In this document: in pieces, positions 18,434 to 27,299 of the stretch
Layout: every line of letters starts with the position of its first letter
How positions within the stretch are numbered: the stretch's first letter is position 1
NCBI GenBank assembly: GCA_046297935.1
Contig: JBKBHA010000004.1
Coordinates: 297,447 to 361,446 of the forward strand
Source: Chitinophagaceae bacterium
GTDB taxonomy: Bacteria; Bacteroidota; Bacteroidia; Chitinophagales; Chitinophagaceae
DNA length: 64,000 bases
Direction of reading: 5' to 3'
Translations under genes and position numbers: made by a program
The notes under the pieces: model-generated
Database searches by the model: none
What the model was told of the DNA's origin: nothing
What the model saw: the letters and a program-made list of their open reading frames with translations, nothing else

Positions 18434-20083
18434 TTGCGCTGTATATTTACACAGGCGGTTAGCCGCCGGCTTTTATTTCACCCACATTTTTTAGCCGTGC
18501 GTAAATTCATTTTTCTTCCCTTCGCCTTACTGCTTGCCGGTCTGAATGGCCAGGCTCAGCACAGGCTGGATGTAATCCATTATGTATATGAAATTGGATT
18601 GCAGGATAACGATGATCGAATTACGGTAGATGTTGGCATCCGATTCAGGCCGCTGGCCAAAATGGACACCCTTGTTTGGGACCTTACCGCTCCGGTGGGA
18701 GAGGGCATGAAGGGAATGAAGGTGAGCAGCCTTTTTATCAATGAAGATCCGGTACGTTTTTTACAAAGAGACCAGGAATTGCTGGTGATTCCCCGACGTG
18801 CTTTGTCTGACACAACAGAATATTTGATGAAAGCAAGCTATTCGGGAATACCCGTCGACGGACTGATCATTTCAAAAACGCGCTACGACAGCCGCAGCTT
18901 TTTTGCAGACAACTGGCCCAACAGAGGACATAACTGGATGCTCTGTCATGATTTTCCCGGCGATAAGGCTAAGGTGGATTTTGTAGTCACAGCTCCAATG
19001 AAGTACACGGTTGTAGCCAACGGATTAAAGTTTGCCGAGTATCCGGCTGCAGAAGGATTTCGAACAACGCATTGGCGGGAAGAAGTGCCCATTGCGAGCA
19101 AGGTAATGGTAATTGGAGTGGCGGAAATGGCGGTGGGGCAGGTGGCATTATTCGACAATTGTATACCTGTATTTAGCTACGTGTATCCCCAGGATCGTGC
19201 AAAGGGATTTTATGATTATGCCCTCACGTCCGATATTCTGCATTACTATCAGGAACTGGTAGGGCCTTATGGCTACCGAAAACTGGCCAATGTACAATCC
19301 AAGACGATTTTCGGTGGCCTCGAAAATGCCAACACCATCTTTTATATGGAAACCAGTGTTGATGGCAAACGGGGGGCTGAATCACTAATGGCACATGAAG
19401 TAGCCCATCAGTGGTTTGGCAATATGGTGGGTGAAAAGGAATTTGCCCATATCTGGCTGAGCGAGGGATTTGCCACCTACCTTACTATCATGTACATGGA
19501 GTACACACATGGTCGTGAAAAAGCGATCGAGATGTTGAAAGAAGACCGGCGGAACGTGATAGATTTTGCGGCCCGTTCCAATCTCCCTGTGGTGAACCAC
19601 GATCGCGACTATATGCAGCTTCTCAATGCGAACAGTTATCAGAAAGGCGGCTGGATATTGCATATGATCCGAAGCGAAATTGGCGACAGCCTGTTCAGGA
19701 AAGTGCTCCGCCGCTACTATGCCGATTTTTATGGCGGCGTAGCCGACAGTCACGACTTTCAACGGATTGTGGAAGATATATCAGGCCGAAGCTGGAACAG
19801 GTTCTTTGATCAGTGGCTTAACAAGCCAGGCATTCCCAGGCTTCGGATGGCATGGCGTTACCTGCCCGCAAGCAGACAGGCCGAAGTGAAGGTAGAGCAG
19901 CTTCAAAAAACTGATTTTGAATTCCCGTTGTCTGTTCTTTTTCGCTGCGAAAATGGGAAAGAACGAACAGAGATTATTAAGGTGAGAGGACCTGAAACAA
20001 AAGTCCTGATCGATTTGCCCGAAAAGCCGGCAGAAATGATCGCTGATCCCGACACCCGTCTGTTATTTGAACAGGTAAAATAA
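18434..20083 (+). CDS. M1-family aminopeptidase. TTG start as listed; an internal GTG near 18497 before the signal peptide is an alternative.
   Basis: HEVAHQWFGN HExxH, LSEGFATY. Signal peptide FLPFALLLAGLNGQAQ. Confidence 0.75.
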   Translation: MRCIFTQAVSRRLLFHPHFLAVRKFIFLPFALLLAGLNGQAQHRLDVIHYVYEIGLQDNDDRITVDVGIRFRPLAKMDTLVWDLTAPVGEGMKGMKVSSLFINEDPVRFLQRDQELLVIPRRALSDTTEYLMKASYSGIPVDGLIISKTRYDSRSFFADNWPNRGHNWMLCHDFPGDKAKVDFVVTAPMKYTVVANGLKFAEYPAAEGFRTTHWREEVPIASKVMVIGVAEMAVGQVALFDNCIPVFSYVYPQDRAKGFYDYALTSDILHYYQELVGPYGYRKLANVQSKTIFGGLENANTIFYMETSVDGKRGAESLMAHEVAHQWFGNMVGEKEFAHIWLSEGFATYLTIMYMEYTHGREKAIEMLKEDRRNVIDFAARSNLPVVNHDRDYMQLLNANSYQKGGWILHMIRSEIGDSLFRKVLRRYYADFYGGVADSHDFQRIVEDISGRSWNRFFDQWLNKPGIPRLRMAWRYLPASRQAEVKVEQLQKTDFEFPLSVLFRCENGKERTEIIKVRGPETKVLIDLPEKPAEMIADPDTRLLFEQVK

Positions 20084-20128
20084 AGCAGAAGCTTTTACAA
20101 TTTAGTAACTTGTCCGAAGAGTACAGAG

Positions 20129-20809
20129 ATGGCAACAGGTAATAGCTGGAAAACAGAAACCAAAACGGCCGCCAAGCGAATATTGATTGGGGTAATAACT
20201 GCTGTTGTTACCACTGCAGCAATTTACTTTCTTGGATTTGAGAGTTCTGCCAAAAAAGCTGATGAGGCGGAGGTTCGGAAAAATTCTATTAGGGTATGGA
20301 AGGAATTCGTAAAACTCGAAAACGGAGTGCAACCCAGGCACGATACCGTTTTTGCCCGCGCAGTCCGTTCCGCTATCACCGTGCAGGAAAGCAAGCGACT
20401 CGACAGTCTGATTTCGACGAAATTTATCGACAGCCTGAAGATGTTGTCTGAAACACCAGATATTGATAAGGATCTGCTCCTTTTGTTGCAGAGCCGTATT
20501 GAGTTCAAAGAACAGGAGCAGGTTCGATCCACCGAGTATAAAGATCGCTTTATCCGCTTGAGTGATACACTTGCGCCGCAGGAATATAAAATGTTTCTGG
20601 TAGATGAGTTGAACAAGGAATTTGATGTGAAGCGAAACAACGCTGTTGAGCGCCTGGGCCATACCCTCGAAGACCTGCTGAATGTGATGGCAAAAAGGCA
20701 CAAGTATCCATTTCAATTAAAAGACCTCAACTGGTATCCGGCTTTTCTTCAGTTACGTACCGTCAGGCGCGAGGAAATCAGGCCCGACGATGCTCCTCCA
20801 CCCATGTAA
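20129..20809 (+). CDS. Membrane-anchored hypothetical protein. Paralog of the next gene.
   Basis: N-terminal TM (ILIGVITAVVTTAAIYFLGF). Shares architecture and motifs with 20878..21888 (YFLG, EVR/EVEDR..W, HKYPF/DHPFS). Confidence 0.4.
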   Translation: MATGNSWKTETKTAAKRILIGVITAVVTTAAIYFLGFESSAKKADEAEVRKNSIRVWKEFVKLENGVQPRHDTVFARAVRSAITVQESKRLDSLISTKFIDSLKMLSETPDIDKDLLLLLQSRIEFKEQEQVRSTEYKDRFIRLSDTLAPQEYKMFLVDELNKEFDVKRNNAVERLGHTLEDLLNVMAKRHKYPFQLKDLNWYPAFLQLRTVRREEIRPDDAPPPM

Positions 20810-20877
20810 TACATCAAATAGAGTATTGGCCCAGGGTTATAACACCGGTATTTTGCCCCGGCAAAAACCTTCACATC

Positions 20878-21888
20878 ATGGCCAAACTAATCGGTACGGA
20901 GAGCAAAACCGTTATAAAGAATATTATTATCTCAGTAGTCACTACGGTTGCCGGAGCATTTGCCGTTTATTTTCTTGGTATTAAGGATAGCGGCAAAAAG
21001 ATTTCCAAACTGGAAGTGGAGGATCGCACCATTGAAGCCTGGAAAACACTGGTCACAGTCGAAAATATCTACACCAAAAACAGCACTACGCTGATTCGGG
21101 ATGCGATGCAGCAGGGCAACTTCAAGGATGCCGCCGACCAGTCTGAGCTGGAGTCTAAAAAATTTCAAAACAGTTTGCAGGGAATCATCGACACAGAAGG
21201 TATTGATAGCGACTTGAAATCGCTTGTGCAACGAAGGCTGGAAAATGAACGAACTCACCTGCCATTGAATCGTCGCTTTTATTTAATGTTAGACGAAGTG
21301 GTAGAAAGAGCTGTGGAAGAGGATTGGTCTGAAGAGAAATCACTTGATACCCTCAATGCCCGCATTAATTCCTTTGCTGAACAAACAAAGGGTGCCATGG
21401 ATCGCAGCCTCAACGATATTGAGTCGCTCGCTAAAATATTGTCAGACCGATACGACCATCCTTTTTCAATGGATGATTTTCTGATTGTTCAGATCTATCG
21501 CAACAAAAAGGATCCTTTCAGCATACTGGAAGACCAAAACAATCGACCGCCAAAGGGCGATGATGGAACACCGGGTGGTACCGGTAGCCTGGGCTCGCTG
21601 ATAAACGGCAGCAAGCCCGAAGATTATTTTCCCGGTACCTGGGACGCCAATGGCGCAAAGATTTTTTTTGAAAGAAACGGAAAAATGCGCTGGGTTGTTG
21701 CCGACAATAGCTCGGAAGCGAACGGTAACTGGATTTATAAGGATAGCCGATTGAAAATGAAGGTGACTAACCCGCAAACAGGCAAAGAAGTGGAATGGGA
21801 TTTCAATCTCGCAGGTGTGGAAGCCAATTATTTCTCGATGGTGCTGACTAAAGAACCTTATAACTACTACCGCTTGATCCGAAAATAG
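20878..21888 (+). CDS. Membrane-anchored hypothetical protein. Paralog of the previous gene, with an extra ~120-aa C-terminal domain.
   Basis: N-terminal TM (IIISVVTTVAGAFAVYFLGI). Collinear similarity to 20129..20809. Confidence 0.4.
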   Translation: MAKLIGTESKTVIKNIIISVVTTVAGAFAVYFLGIKDSGKKISKLEVEDRTIEAWKTLVTVENIYTKNSTTLIRDAMQQGNFKDAADQSELESKKFQNSLQGIIDTEGIDSDLKSLVQRRLENERTHLPLNRRFYLMLDEVVERAVEEDWSEEKSLDTLNARINSFAEQTKGAMDRSLNDIESLAKILSDRYDHPFSMDDFLIVQIYRNKKDPFSILEDQNNRPPKGDDGTPGGTGSLGSLINGSKPEDYFPGTWDANGAKIFFERNGKMRWVVADNSSEANGNWIYKDSRLKMKVTNPQTGKEVEWDFNLAGVEANYFSMVLTKEPYNYYRLIRK

Positions 21889-21979
21889 GGTTTTTGCCTC
21901 TATCTTTTCTGACAAAAATATCCGCTGTGGCCGAGGCTTTTCCCACAGGCATTGCTGGCAATTTCCCTAAATTGCTATT

Positions 21980-23530
21980 ATGCTCGTTAAGACATTTGGA
22001 AGTGCAGTGTACGGCGTGGAAGCTACCACCATAACCATTGAAGTAAATTGGTTGCCTACAACGGGCAAGGATCCGGTGATTGTGGGATTGCCAGATGGCG
22101 CTGTAAGGGAAAGTCTTCAACGCGTAGAATCAACTTTTAAGACGAATGAATTTTCGATGCCTCGCACGAAGGTGGTAGTGAATCTGGCGCCCGCTGATAT
22201 CCGTAAGAGTGGCACTGCATTCGATCTGCCAATTGCGCTGGGGATACTCGGCGCTTCAGGGCAAATGAAGAACCAGGAGTTGCTGGGTAAATATGTGATT
22301 ATGGGTGAACTGAGTCTTGACGGAGAGGTAAGACCCATCAAAGGCGCCCTGCCCATCGCTATTCAGGCGCGCAAAGAAGGTTTTCGGGGTTTAATTGTGC
22401 CTTCGGCCAACGCGCGAGAAGCCGGCATGGTCAACAACCTGAATGTGTACGGCGTACAACATATCCGGGAGGTGATCAAATTTTTAGAATCTGGCGAACA
22501 AAGCCTGGAGCCGGTTACTATCAATACCAGGGAAACTTTCTTTGATTCGCAGTACGATTTTGAAGTGGATTTTGCTGATGTGAAGGGACAGGAAAATATC
22601 AAACGCGCTCTCGAAATTGCGGCCGCTGGTGGACACAACGCCATTCTGATCGGCCCGCCCGGTGCCGGCAAAACCATGCTGGCTAAACGGCTGCCAACCA
22701 TTTTACCACCATTAAGTTTGCAGGAAGCTCTGGAAACAACCAAGATACATTCCGTAGCAGGTCGCCTGCCCGAAAACGCAACGCTTATCGCAAGGCGTCC
22801 CTTTCGATCGCCACATCATACCATCAGCGATGTGGCGCTTGTTGGCGGCGGCGGCATCCCCCAACCCGGAGAAATAAGCCTGGCTCATAACGGTGTCCTT
22901 TTTTTAGATGAGCTGCCTGAATTCAAGCGCACAGTGCTGGAAGTGATGCGACAACCAATGGAAGAGCGACGAGTTACCATATCAAGGGCAAAAATAGCCG
23001 TTGATTTTCCTGCATCCTTCATGTTAATCGCCAGTATGAATCCCTGCCCATGCGGATTTTACAACCATCCCGACCGGGCCTGCAGTTGTCCGCCCGGCAC
23101 CGTGCAAAAATATCTCAACAAGATTTCGGGTCCGCTGCTCGATCGAATAGATCTACATGTGGAAGTAACACCTGTTGCCTTTAGTGAATTGACCAGTCAG
23201 CGACCACAGGAAAATTCATCGCAAATCAGGGAACGCGTAATGGCTGCCCGCCAAAGACAGGCGGACCGGTACACCGAAAGTCCAGGTACTTACTGCAATG
23301 CTCAGATGAGCAGTAAGCAGTTAAAAGAGATTTGTATTATCAGCCAGGTGGGCCACAATCTGCTGAAAACGGCGATGCAGCGACTCAACTTGTCGGCACG
23401 CGCATACGATCGAATTCTAAAGGTTTCGAGAACGATTGCTGATCTGGCCGGCAGTGATGAAATAAAACCCGAACATCTGGCAGAAGCCATTCAATACCGC
23501 AGTCTCGATCGCGAAGCCTGGGGAGGTTAA
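21980..23530 (+). CDS. yifB: YifB/ComM family Mg-chelatase-like AAA+ ATPase
   Basis: Lon-like N-domain, Walker A GPPGAGKTMLA, C-terminal Mg-chelatase ChlI-like region. 516 aa. Confidence 0.85.
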   Translation: MLVKTFGSAVYGVEATTITIEVNWLPTTGKDPVIVGLPDGAVRESLQRVESTFKTNEFSMPRTKVVVNLAPADIRKSGTAFDLPIALGILGASGQMKNQELLGKYVIMGELSLDGEVRPIKGALPIAIQARKEGFRGLIVPSANAREAGMVNNLNVYGVQHIREVIKFLESGEQSLEPVTINTRETFFDSQYDFEVDFADVKGQENIKRALEIAAAGGHNAILIGPPGAGKTMLAKRLPTILPPLSLQEALETTKIHSVAGRLPENATLIARRPFRSPHHTISDVALVGGGGIPQPGEISLAHNGVLFLDELPEFKRTVLEVMRQPMEERRVTISRAKIAVDFPASFMLIASMNPCPCGFYNHPDRACSCPPGTVQKYLNKISGPLLDRIDLHVEVTPVAFSELTSQRPQENSSQIRERVMAARQRQADRYTESPGTYCNAQMSSKQLKEICIISQVGHNLLKTAMQRLNLSARAYDRILKVSRTIADLAGSDEIKPEHLAEAIQYRSLDREAWGG

Positions 23531-23584
23531 TGAAACGGTAGTGATCAATCCATTTGCCCTATCTTCACCACCGAAACTACTCCG

Positions 23585-24169
23585 GTGGCAGCAACTAAAA
23601 CAAATTCCAAAGAAATGCCGGATGCCGCACATCTGGCAGCGGCGACCCGCAAGGCCGAACAATTTATGCTGGCAGAGTTCAGCCACCTGAGAGCGGACCA
23701 ATTGAACTGGACACCGGAGGCCGAATCATGGAGCATTGGTCAATGTCTCGAACATATCATTCAGACCGATATTCTCTATTTTCCCGCATTCCGGCAAATA
23801 CTGGCCGGCGATTTCAAAATGAATACCTGGGAACGTTTCAGTCCCTTCAGTGGTCTCTTTGGCCGAATGCTGGTTGATCAGTTAGGTGAAGTGGCCGTGA
23901 AAAAGCTGAAATCGCCCAGGGCATTCAGGCCTGTTGCGCAGCCAATTGGGACTGAAATAATTACCCGCTTTTCGAAACACCAGGACAGCCTTCATGATTT
24001 TCTCGTAAATGTGAAGCCTGAACAAATGAAAAAGATCCGACTGCGTTCACCCGCGTCAGGATTTGTGACGTATAGTCTGGGGCATGCGCTTCAAATGATT
24101 GTACAACACCAGTACCGCCACCTCAATCAGGCCGTTCGCGTCAAAAGCAAGGGCGGTTTCCCCGGCTGA
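23585..24169 (+). CDS. DinB/YfiT-like family protein (DinB_2 four-helix-bundle metal-binding fold)
   Basis: Conserved His pattern (CLEHIIQTD ... GHALQMIVQHQYRH), ~190 aa. Confidence 0.45.
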   Translation: MAATKTNSKEMPDAAHLAAATRKAEQFMLAEFSHLRADQLNWTPEAESWSIGQCLEHIIQTDILYFPAFRQILAGDFKMNTWERFSPFSGLFGRMLVDQLGEVAVKKLKSPRAFRPVAQPIGTEIITRFSKHQDSLHDFLVNVKPEQMKKIRLRSPASGFVTYSLGHALQMIVQHQYRHLNQAVRVKSKGGFPG

Positions 24170-24248
24170 CCCTGTTATATTGGCATTTTTCCCGAACTTG
24201 TACATTCTTTGCTGTTAGCAAAGACCTTAGCCTTTTTATAAGATTGTT

Positions 24249-26078
24249 ATGAAGACACTTTTTCGCTATCTCAAACCATACAAATGGTTGGTAGGCCTGG
24301 TGCTGTTACTGGCCGCCATCAATATAGGTTTCTCTCTCATCGATCCCATCATCTTTGGTCGCCTGGTTGATCTGGGTACTTATCATCTGGATAAAGGACA
24401 TGAGCCACTTTCGCAAAACGAATTCATGTTTAGCAAGGGCATTCCTTATACAAACTCGAAAGGCGAAAGCGATAAAGTATATGGTGTAGCCTGGTTGTTA
24501 CTTGCTTCCATTTCAGTAGCCATGGTGAGCCGTATTGCCAAAGCTTTTCAGGATTACTTCCTTAATAAGGTGACCCAAAAGTTTGGAGCAACCGTATTTA
24601 CAGATGGACTTCAACATGCCATGAAGTTGCCTTATCATGATTTTGAAGATCAGCGAAGCGGCGAAACTCTCGGCATTTTGCAGAAAGTGAGAACCGATAC
24701 CGAAAAATTCATATCAACATTCATTAATGTTCTTTTTCCCGTTATAATAGGTATTTTGTTTGTGGCAGTATATGCCTTTACGAAAGACTGGCGACTCCCT
24801 TTCATTTATTTCGGCGGCATCTTTCTGCTCACATTCATTTCGAATGTGCTGAGCAAAAAAGTAAAGATTATCCAAAAGCAGATCGTATCGCAAACCACCT
24901 CACTGGCTGGTGCTACCACTGAATCGCTGAGGAATATTGAACTGGTAAAAAGTCTGGGACTGACCCGCCAGGAAGTAGACCGTTTGAACAAAAATACTTT
25001 TAAGATACTTGGATTGGAGCTGACCAAAGTAAAGCGCATCCGCAGCATCAGTTTTGTGCAGGGTACTTTTGTCAATACCTTGCGCCAGGTAATCCTGTTC
25101 ATGTTGATGTGGCTGGTTTTCCAGGGCGATCTGTTGCCTGGCGAAATCGTAACGATGCAAATATTCAGCTTCTTTGTATTTGGACCGTTGCAGGAAATCG
25201 GTAATATTATCCTCAGCTACCGCGAAGCCGAAGCCTCACTGAACAATTTCGAAAGCCTGATGAGCAAGAAGCCCGAACCGCAGGCAGCCAATCCACAGCA
25301 CCTCGGGCCTATCAAAACGCTCGATTTCCAGGAAGTAGGTTTTCGTCATCAGTCGGCACAGCAGGCTGCAATCAACGGGATCAACTTTTCGGTGAGAACC
25401 GGCGAAACCATTGCTTTTGTCGGACCCTCGGGTTCAGGCAAAACGACGTTGATGAAATTGCTCGTAGGCCTGTATCGCCCACAGCAGGGTAAGATACTCT
25501 ATAATGGACACGACGAAAACTCAATCAGCTTCGACGACCTCCGCTCGCAAATTGGATTTGTAACCCAGGATACACAACTGTTCAGCGGCACCATTCGCGA
25601 AAACCTGTTGTTTGTGAACCCCGGCGCTACCGAAGAAGAGTTATACAGCGCGTTGAATAAAGCCTCCTGCCAGAACCTTCTGGCACGTGCCGAAAAGGGG
25701 CTCGACACTGCAATTGGTGAAGGTGGTTTGAAATTATCTGGTGGAGAAAAGCAGCGTCTGTCAATTGCAAGGGCCCTGGTCAGACAACCCAAACTGTTGT
25801 TGTTCGATGAAGCAACATCGGCGCTCGACTCCCTTACCGAAGAAGAGATCACCGATACCATCCGCGAAATTTCAGCGCTTGGCAATCAGATCACCATATT
25901 GATCGCCCACCGCCTCAGCACCATCATGCACGCCGATCGAATTTATGTGCTGGAAAAAGGTGACGTAGTGGAAACCGGCAACCACCAATCACTCCTTTCC
26001 GAAAAAGGCCTCTACTACGCCATGTGGCGTCAGCAGATAGGCGAACGGAAAGAAAGGAAAGAGAATGTGGAAATGTGA
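24249..26078 (+). CDS. ABC transporter, fused permease/ATP-binding protein (MsbA-like exporter)
   Basis: Six N-terminal TM segments. Walker A GPSGSGKTT, signature LSGGEKQR, Walker B LLLFDEATSALD. Confidence 0.85.
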   Translation: MKTLFRYLKPYKWLVGLVLLLAAINIGFSLIDPIIFGRLVDLGTYHLDKGHEPLSQNEFMFSKGIPYTNSKGESDKVYGVAWLLLASISVAMVSRIAKAFQDYFLNKVTQKFGATVFTDGLQHAMKLPYHDFEDQRSGETLGILQKVRTDTEKFISTFINVLFPVIIGILFVAVYAFTKDWRLPFIYFGGIFLLTFISNVLSKKVKIIQKQIVSQTTSLAGATTESLRNIELVKSLGLTRQEVDRLNKNTFKILGLELTKVKRIRSISFVQGTFVNTLRQVILFMLMWLVFQGDLLPGEIVTMQIFSFFVFGPLQEIGNIILSYREAEASLNNFESLMSKKPEPQAANPQHLGPIKTLDFQEVGFRHQSAQQAAINGINFSVRTGETIAFVGPSGSGKTTLMKLLVGLYRPQQGKILYNGHDENSISFDDLRSQIGFVTQDTQLFSGTIRENLLFVNPGATEEELYSALNKASCQNLLARAEKGLDTAIGEGGLKLSGGEKQRLSIARALVRQPKLLLFDEATSALDSLTEEEITDTIREISALGNQITILIAHRLSTIMHADRIYVLEKGDVVETGNHQSLLSEKGLYYAMWRQQIGERKERKENVEM

Positions 26079-26114
26079 AAACCTGCCTGCCGGCAGGTTT
26101 TCACATTTCCACAT
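26064..26114. terminator. Long perfect hairpin (about 24-bp stem) overlapping the ABC-transporter stop codon. Probable bidirectional terminator for the convergent genes.
   Basis: AATGTGGAAATGTGAAAACCTGCC / GGCAGGTTTTCACATTTCCACATT inverted repeat, read directly from the sequence, followed by a T-rich tract. Confidence 0.55.
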
Positions 26115-26560
26115 TATTTCTCTCCCTCCTTCTTCCTCCACCAGTCGGTGAAGAAATTGCCTTTTTCCAGTTCTTCCATATCGCTCAGTTCCCATTCCAG
26201 TGCTTTGGTGCTTTGGGAGATTTCGATGAGTGAAATGATCAGGGAAGCGAGAAGGCTCAGCAGGCTTACGGCAAACACATAACCCAGCAGTATGGTCCAT
26301 TGCTGGTAAACTCCGTACATGGTAACGACACAGCAAACAAAACTGAAAACTCCGAGTGCCTGCATGGAACGCACGAGGTTGATTCGGGTGCGAAGGATCT
26401 TGATTTGTTTGAGGAGCAGGTGGGTTTTTTCGCCACGGATATATTCATCGTGAAGCTTCCGTATCAGGTTGGCCAGTGCCAGATACCGGTTGGTATAAGC
26501 TAATAGCAACAAACTGATAGCGGGAAATAAGAGGGCAGGTGTATTGAAAGTGATCTCCAT
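26114..26560 (-). CDS. DUF2721-like small membrane protein. Start placed at the internal Met (MEITFN...).
   Basis: Three predicted TM helices and a C-terminal acidic coil, ~150 aa. The DUF2721 assignment is from memory, with low certainty. Confidence 0.35.
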   Translation of the reverse strand: MEITFNTPALLFPAISLLLLAYTNRYLALANLIRKLHDEYIRGEKTHLLLKQIKILRTRINLVRSMQALGVFSFVCCVVTMYGVYQQWTILLGYVFAVSLLSLLASLIISLIEISQSTKALEWELSDMEELEKGNFFTDWWRKKEGEK

Positions 26561-26699
26561 GGACGAACGTGTTTCGGCAAAATTAGCGTTTTCCGAAACG
26601 TTCGCAGTTAAACAGTCAGTGAATGAGTTGATTGGGCAAATTGCTAAAACGGAGCAATGCAAATTACCCAATCAACTCATTCGCAAACTGCGATGGCGT

Positions 26700-27257
26700 T
26701 TATTGTACCTGCGTATCGAAAGTTACTTCAATATCGGTACCCGATTTGGAAGAGTTGACCAGATCAGACGCTTCTTTGTTGGGCGGAATAGCAGGGTAGT
26801 GTCGAAGCGTTACCGTAACCTGACCATTGGCAGAAGCACCGGTAGTCCAGGTGCTGGTAATTCCCAAAGGAACACCATTAGGGTCATTGTTCAGGTTGGT
26901 GATGGTGATATTGCTGCCGCCGGCAACGGTATAATACACGCGATGCGCATCGGCTTCGGCATTTATTTCTTCGGTAATATCTTCGCCTGCAATCTCATTT
27001 AAAAACGCAGCTGATACCGAATAGGATGTACCGGAGTTGAGCACAATATCATCTACGGTTGGGTCTACACCGCCCGGACCATCGGGATCAACAAAACTGT
27101 AAACCAGAGGAGTACCACCGCCGTTGGGCGTGAACGTGAGTTCGAGGGTAGTAATCACTTCTTCATCATTGCTCTCTCCCTTGTCCTTTTTACAGCCTGC
27201 CAGCAATACAGCGCCTGCTAATACTAAACTTCCCCATTTAAGGATTGCGTGTTTCAT
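26700..27257 (-). CDS. Hypothetical lipoprotein downstream of, and same-strand with, the TonB-dependent receptor
   Basis: Lipobox LLAGC after the signal peptide. Thr/Gly-rich beta-like body. Confidence 0.5.
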   Translation of the reverse strand: MKHAILKWGSLVLAGAVLLAGCKKDKGESNDEEVITTLELTFTPNGGGTPLVYSFVDPDGPGGVDPTVDDIVLNSGTSYSVSAAFLNEIAGEDITEEINAEADAHRVYYTVAGGSNITITNLNNDPNGVPLGITSTWTTGASANGQVTVTLRHYPAIPPNKEASDLVNSSKSGTDIEVTFDTQVQ

Positions 27258-27299
27258 ACTTGATTGTTTTTTGAAATTGAATAAATATGAGTTTCCCGA

